From Chiloscyllium plagiosum (Eukaryota), in assembly GCF_004010195.1 (NCBI RefSeq), contig NC_057718.1, forward strand, positions 27,175,433-27,216,035: a stretch of DNA of 40,603 nt, read 5' to 3'. The notes beneath the pieces were generated by a model, which worked only from the letters and a program-made list of their open reading frames with translations, did not search any database and was not told where the DNA came from. Positions 35,436-40,603 of the stretch are shown here, one piece after another; the first letter of the stretch is position 1; every line of letters starts with the position of its first letter. Both the position numbers and the translations under genes were made by a program.

Positions 35436-36228
35436 ATATAGTCATAGAGCTGTACAGCACAGAAACAGATCCTTCAGTCCAACTCGCCCATGCCAACCAG
35501 ACATCCTAACCTAACCTAGTCCCATTTACCAAACTTGGCTCATATCCGTCTAAATCGTTCCTATTCATATACACATCCTGATGCCTGCTAAGTGCTGTAA
35601 TTATACCAACCTCTACCATTTTCTCTGGTAACTCATTCCATACACGCACCACGGTCTACATGAAAAAGTTCCCCTTAGGTTCCTTTTATATCTTTCCCCT
35701 CTCACCCTCAATTTATGCACTCTTGTTCTGGACATCCCCACCCCAGGGAAAAGACCTTGTCTATTTATACATAACATATACATGATTTTATACAACCTCC
35801 ATAAGGTCACCCCTCAGCCTCCGACGCTCCAGGGAAAACAGCTCCAGCCTATTCAGCCTCCCCCTGTAGCTCAAATCCTCCAACCCTGGCAACATACTTG
35901 TAAATCTTTTCTGAACTTTTTCAAGTTTCACAACATCCTTCCGATATGAAGGAGACCAGAATTGCATGCAATATTCCAACAGTGGCCTAACCAATGTCCT
36001 GTACAGCTGCAACATGATCTCCCAACGCTTCTACTCAATGCTCTGACCAATTAAGGAAAGCACACCAAACGCCTTCATCACTCTCCTATGTACCTGTGAC
36101 TCCACTTTTAAAGAGCTATGAAACTATACTTCAAGATCTCTTTGTTCGGCAACACTCCCCAGGATCTTACCATTAAGTGCAGAAGTCCTGCTACAATTTT
36201 CATTTCCAAAATGCCGCACCTCACATTT
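35436..36228 (-). mobile_element. CR1 3' fragment
   Basis: ORF 35788..36015 MLQLYRTLVRPLLEYCMQFWSP. Tail reverse complement atagtcatagag. Confidence 0.92.
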
Positions 36229-36297
36229 ATTGATCTCGGCAGTTGGACGATACAAAGTGCATTAAGGTACCAGAAATCTGATGTGACTTGGCATAGG

Positions 36298-36613
36298 ACT
36301 ATGGTAGCATTGTGGTCATTTTTCCAAAACAGTAATTCAGATTCAAAGCCCATCAATAGAAACAGAGGCAAGTGTTACTGATAATAATCATTAAACTACT
36401 TGATTGTTATAAAATCTCATCAGGTTCACTGATGTCCTGTAGGATAGGAAAACATCAGTCCTTACCTGTTCTGGTCTACATCCAGATCAATAATACATAA
36501 TTGGCCTATGAAATGGCTTTGGAAGCCACTTAGTTGTAATCAAGAAGATGGTTCACTGTTACTTTTTTAAGATCAATAACAGAGACCCTGGAAATTTTAA
36601 TAAATAAAAAAAG
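36298..36613 (+). mobile_element. Decayed tRNA-derived SINE with A-rich end
   Basis: tggtagcattgtgg...gattcaaagccc head; ggttcactgatgtcctgtagg...gtccttacctg body; aataaataaaaaaa end. Confidence 0.5.
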
Positions 36614-36629
36614 AGCAGATGCATTTCTA

Positions 36630-37085
36630 TGGCATAGCTTTTCAATATTTGTTAAACAAACGAACCTAAATTTTACCCAAATTAAACTTTGGTTGACTAT
36701 ATCGAGTTCAATATTTAATTGTGTTTTGCGATATTCAGCACCAATAATGTCAATCTTGCATTTCTCAACATTTTAAAGATCACTTGATGTTCAGCCAGCT
36801 GAGTTATGAAGCAGTTTTAGTTGCGTCCATCTCTTCTGAACTGTTGATCTTTCCACTCCCTGCTGTCCAGACTTTGACTGTCTACTTAGATTGTGTTTAT
36901 TGAAGCCATTAATAAATATTAGGAGTATCAGGTGTTCCTGAACTGATCCCCAGTGAGCTCCACTAATCACAGCTGCACAATAGGGATGGCTATCATTAAT
37001 AAACCATCTCCTGGTTGTATTATGCAACTGATTACTTATCCAGTTTACAACTTCCTCTATGATCCCATGAGTTTTCATTTCAGAG
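36630..37085 (-). mobile_element. Very old CR1 RT remnant
   Basis: ORF 36791..37078 KTHGIIEEVVNWISNQL..VISGAHWGSVQEHLILLIFIN is a decayed version of the SGVPQGSVLGPLLFLIFIN region. Confidence 0.7.
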
Positions 37086-37521
37086 CTTCAGTCTGTGTAA
37101 AATGGCAGGATGACCCTGAATTGTTGCTGCTAACTTATCCCTCCATAGAATGTCTGGTTTGATACAGAATCAATGCAGAAAAAAAAATCTTATTTCTCCC
37201 ATTCTTCAGTGCCACTTGCATTGTCTGGGTAGTTCCTTGGTCAAGCTCCGCCTAGTAATTGTGTTAGAAATACATCAGGACCTCTGGCACAGTAATATAG
37301 AAATAAGCAGGAATAGTTCGGGGCAGTTTTCCAGGCAATGTTTGTCAGCTGGTGAGCAGCCGGGAATTAAAACGATTACTGCTGTAAAATTAGTTTGGAT
37401 GGAATTTGCCTAGCCCTTGACCTCATTCCTAATGCATTTCATGATTCTCTCATTCACCGTCAAGAAGATAGACCATCAATTCCTAAGGTTACGTGGCAGT
37501 AGCAGTTTGCCAACTGTTTCT

Positions 37522-38250
37522 CATAGGGTCATAGAGTCGTACAGCACGGAAACAGACTCTTTGGTCCAACTCGTCCCAAAATAAACTAGTCCCATTTTCC
37601 TACATTTGGTTCATATCCCTCTAAACCGTTCCTGTTCATGTACCTTTCCAAATGTCTTTTAAATATTCCAATTGTACCTGCGTCCACCACTTCCTCTGGC
37701 AGTTCTTCCCACAATTGCCCCTCAGGTCTCTTTTAAATCTTTTGCCTCTCACCCTAAAACTATGCCCTCTCATTGTGAATTCCCCTACCTTAGGGGTAAA
37801 AATCCATTGCAATTCACCTTATCTATGGTCCTCATGATTTTATAAACCCATATAAGTTCACCCCTCAACCTCCTATGCTCCAGTGAAGAAAGTCCCCGCA
37901 TATGCAGCCCCTCCTTATAACTCAAACCCTCCAATCCCAGTAACATCCTTGAAAATCTTTTTTGCACCATCTCCAATTTAATTTCTTTTCTACAGCAAGG
38001 TAACCGGAAGTATACACAGTACTCCAAAAATGTCCTCACCAACACCCTGTACAACCTCAACTTGACGTCCCAATTCCTACTCTCGATGGTCTGAGGAATG
38101 AAAGCCAATGTGCCAAACGCCTTCTTAGTCACACTGTCTACCTGTGATGCAACATTCAAGGAACAATGTGCCTGAAGCCCTAGATCTCTCTCCTGACTAC
38201 TAATTGTGTAAGTCTTACCTTTGGTTGACTTACCAAAGGGCATCCAATTT
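37522..38250 (-). mobile_element. CR1 3' fragment
   Basis: ORF 37785..38309 ERDLGLQAH..LYRVLVRTFLEYC..RRLRGELI. Confidence 0.9.
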
Positions 38251-40000
38251 AAGATCCTAATCATCAACATGTCATGGCATGCTCCATGGTCAACAACAGC
38301 CTCCATCATTCATCTCTGGAATGTGGCATTGAGAAAACACTAGCCTCATCAAGTCACCATGGATGAACTCATAATGATGCACACCCATCTCATCTGTCTG
38401 CACAGGTTCGTTTATGGCAGTCAAGGGATATCTCCCCACTCAGACTAGGGAGGGGTGTTGCCACATTCTGTAAGAGTGATCAGGGTCCAGGGATCGTTGT
38501 CCTCACAGTCGGGGGCTTGGGCAACACTGGGCCAAGTGTGCCAGGTCTGAGCATTATAGATCACTCAATCTGCAAGCTGTGGAGACATCAGTCAGTGGCT
38601 GGGCCAGTCACAGCTAACCTCATCAGTTCCTGTGGGGAATATGGACAGTAAATGTTGGAGGGTCGGGGTTATCTGTGGAAAATTCGGGGGGGAGGGGGTT
38701 TCAAGTCTGTGAATGGGCTGATTTACAAAGTGATGCTGATGGGGTAATGACAGTGAGGGGGCGGAGGGGGGTGGGATTGCTGAAACAGCCGAGGAAGGCA
38801 TAGACTACTGTAAGAGTTGGAATGGGCAGTTTACACAAGCCTCCCTGACTTCATGAAGAGGACAGTGTATCAAAATAGTGGGCCTAGCATTATAGTAGGC
38901 CAGGGGCTGAGGGGAAATATATTAACCATCAAATAAAAGGCAGACATAGGGTGACAGGAGGGAGAATGATGTGTGTATGAGGCGATACCTGACTAACTGT
39001 AAATCTTTGAAGATATAAAACAAAATTTGTTGTGAGGGTGTACGGTAAGGTAGAATAATTGGTTAGCTCTTTATAGAGTGCATAGAAAGGATGGGACAAA
39101 AGGCCTCCTTCTGTGCTGTAAAATTCTACAATTCTATATTCTTGAAAATGACATAGAAACACATTTGAGCTGTCAGGTCCAGCCATTCACCAGTCAACTG
39201 ACTAAACTGAGTACTTGGTTTGCTGTTTGCTCAGCTTCTTACTGCAAATGTGCAGCAAAACCTGGCATTTTAAATCTTTAATTTGCAATCACGCGCCTGT
39301 AAGAAATTTGTGCTACTGGACAATCAATGGATATTGGAATAACTTCATCATTTACTGCAAAACATCACTCAGAGCCTGGAAGTCCTGCCTCATTGGCACC
39401 AATCCCTCATAATTCCTCATGTGGAATGACAGGGCCACACTTTTTAAAGTTGTAGCTGCATAGTGCAGAATCTCCTATAGGTGGCAACCAACTCCAACTT
39501 TCTTCCTGATGGATGATTGTTCTGGGCCTTTTGTCTTCCTTCCATTTCGTTTTTCTGAATATTGTTTTGCCTTAAATATATTCGTGCTGATCTTTGGTAT
39601 TCATCGTTTTTTTCTGAAGATAATTTTCTTTTATATAATTTACAGTACAATACAAACAAGTACACATAAACAATGCAGAAAAAGTTGAACAGGATTAGAT
39701 AGACATAATATTGAACACACTGAGTAAAATCTGACCTTTAGAATATACTCGTATGAAATGTATTTACTTTTAATGCTTTTGGATTTTTCCTTCTCAAGCT
39801 TCATTCTCTTCAAGATTCATGAATCTTTCTGGACTTCAGAATGATTACTGCTCTATTATTTCCAAATGACCAATTCTTAGGTGTGAGCTGGACGGTGAGT
39901 GCTATTAACATGTTTTATTGCCCCAGATTATAGTTGAGGCCAAGACATTCTTACACAATGGCCATATCTGCTGCTTCTTCCTCACTGAGCTCCAGGCCCG

Positions 40001-40203
40001 AGAAACATAGAAAATAGGAGTAGGCCATTCATTCTTCAAGTCAGCCCTAATATTCAATATGATTGTGGAAGAGGGATCGGGACCTTGTTCTTGCTTTCTC
40101 CCCATACTCTTTGATCCCTTTAGGCCTCGGAACTCTTTCTTGAAAACGTTCAATGTTTATGCCTCAACCACTTTCTGTGACAGAGAATTCCACAGGCTCA
40201 ACG
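40001..40203 (-). mobile_element. CR1 3' tail fragment
   Basis: gaaacatagaaaataggagtaggccattc...gagaattccacaggctc. Confidence 0.75.
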
Positions 40204-40204
40204 C

Positions 40205-40403
40205 CCAGGAAAAATGGATGAGATTCTTAATGTGTACTTTGCATTGATATTCACCGAGGAAAGGGACATGGCAGATGTTAAAGTGAGGGATGGATCTTTG
40301 ATTACTCTAGGTCAAGTCAGCATCAGGAGGGAGAAAGTGTTATGTATTCTAAAAGGCATTAAGGTGGACAAGTCCCCAGGACTGGATGGGATATATCCCA
40401 GGG
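40205..40403 (+). mobile_element. CR1 ORF2 fragment (pre-RT)
   Basis: EILNVYFALIFTEE..IKVDKSPGLDGIYPR. Confidence 0.85.
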
Positions 40404-40603
40404 TGATAAAAACAATGACTGCAGATGCTGGAAACCAGATTCTGGATCAGTGGTGCTGGAAGAGCACAGCAGTTCAGGCAGCATCCAAGGAGCAGCGAAA
40501 TCAACGTTTCGGGCAAAAGCCCTTCATCAGGAATAAAGGCAGTGAGCCCGAAGTGTGCTTTTGCCTGAAACGTCGATTTTACTGCTCCTTGGATGCTGCC
40601 TGA
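40404..40603. mobile_element. Inverted PLE-terminus pair inserted in CR1 (runs off the window end)
   Basis: Arms at 40474-40520 and 40557-40603 are reverse complements (43/47). Confidence 0.85.
40499..40534 (-). ncRNA. Minimal type I hammerhead ribozyme motif (ACGU subfamily, GUU triplet)
   Basis: Reverse complement ATTC-CTGATGA-A-GGGC tttt GCCC-GAAA-CG-TT-GATT. Confidence 0.75.

Noticed and set aside
38255..38900. Possible Harbinger transposase remnant
   Set aside because: Only vague resemblance (GRYPL on the minus strand). No convincing motif series could be read.
39481..39596. Further + strand exon (WQPTPTFFLMDDCSGPFVFLPFRFSEYCFALNIFVLIF), phase-compatible with 28137
   Set aside because: Poor pyrimidine tract with several upstream AGs and a weak GTATTC donor. 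Not supportable without transcripts.

Overview
Repeat-dense vertebrate genomic DNA, most likely a cartilaginous fish (shark-like, judged from HE1/V-SINE-type SINEs and HER1/CR1-type LINEs). It is not prokaryotic, and almost all ORF-track entries are transposon remnants or noise. It contains many CR1 LINE fragments, several Rex1/Babar-type LINEs, one near full-length L1 with a target-site duplication (TSD), a Tx1-like fragment, an L2 tail, tRNA-derived SINEs and a heavily decayed Gmr1-like Gypsy element (gag-PR-IN order) that the ORF track misses. The most notable signal is a set of Penelope-like element (PLE) termini carrying minimal type I hammerhead ribozyme motifs from two subfamilies. Several of these are tiny (80-200 bp) TSD-flanked, partly inverted insertions. 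There are also 2-3 phase-compatible candidate exons of an unidentified + strand host gene and several templated duplication/inversion scars. All family assignments come from motif recognition by eye, not from database searches.
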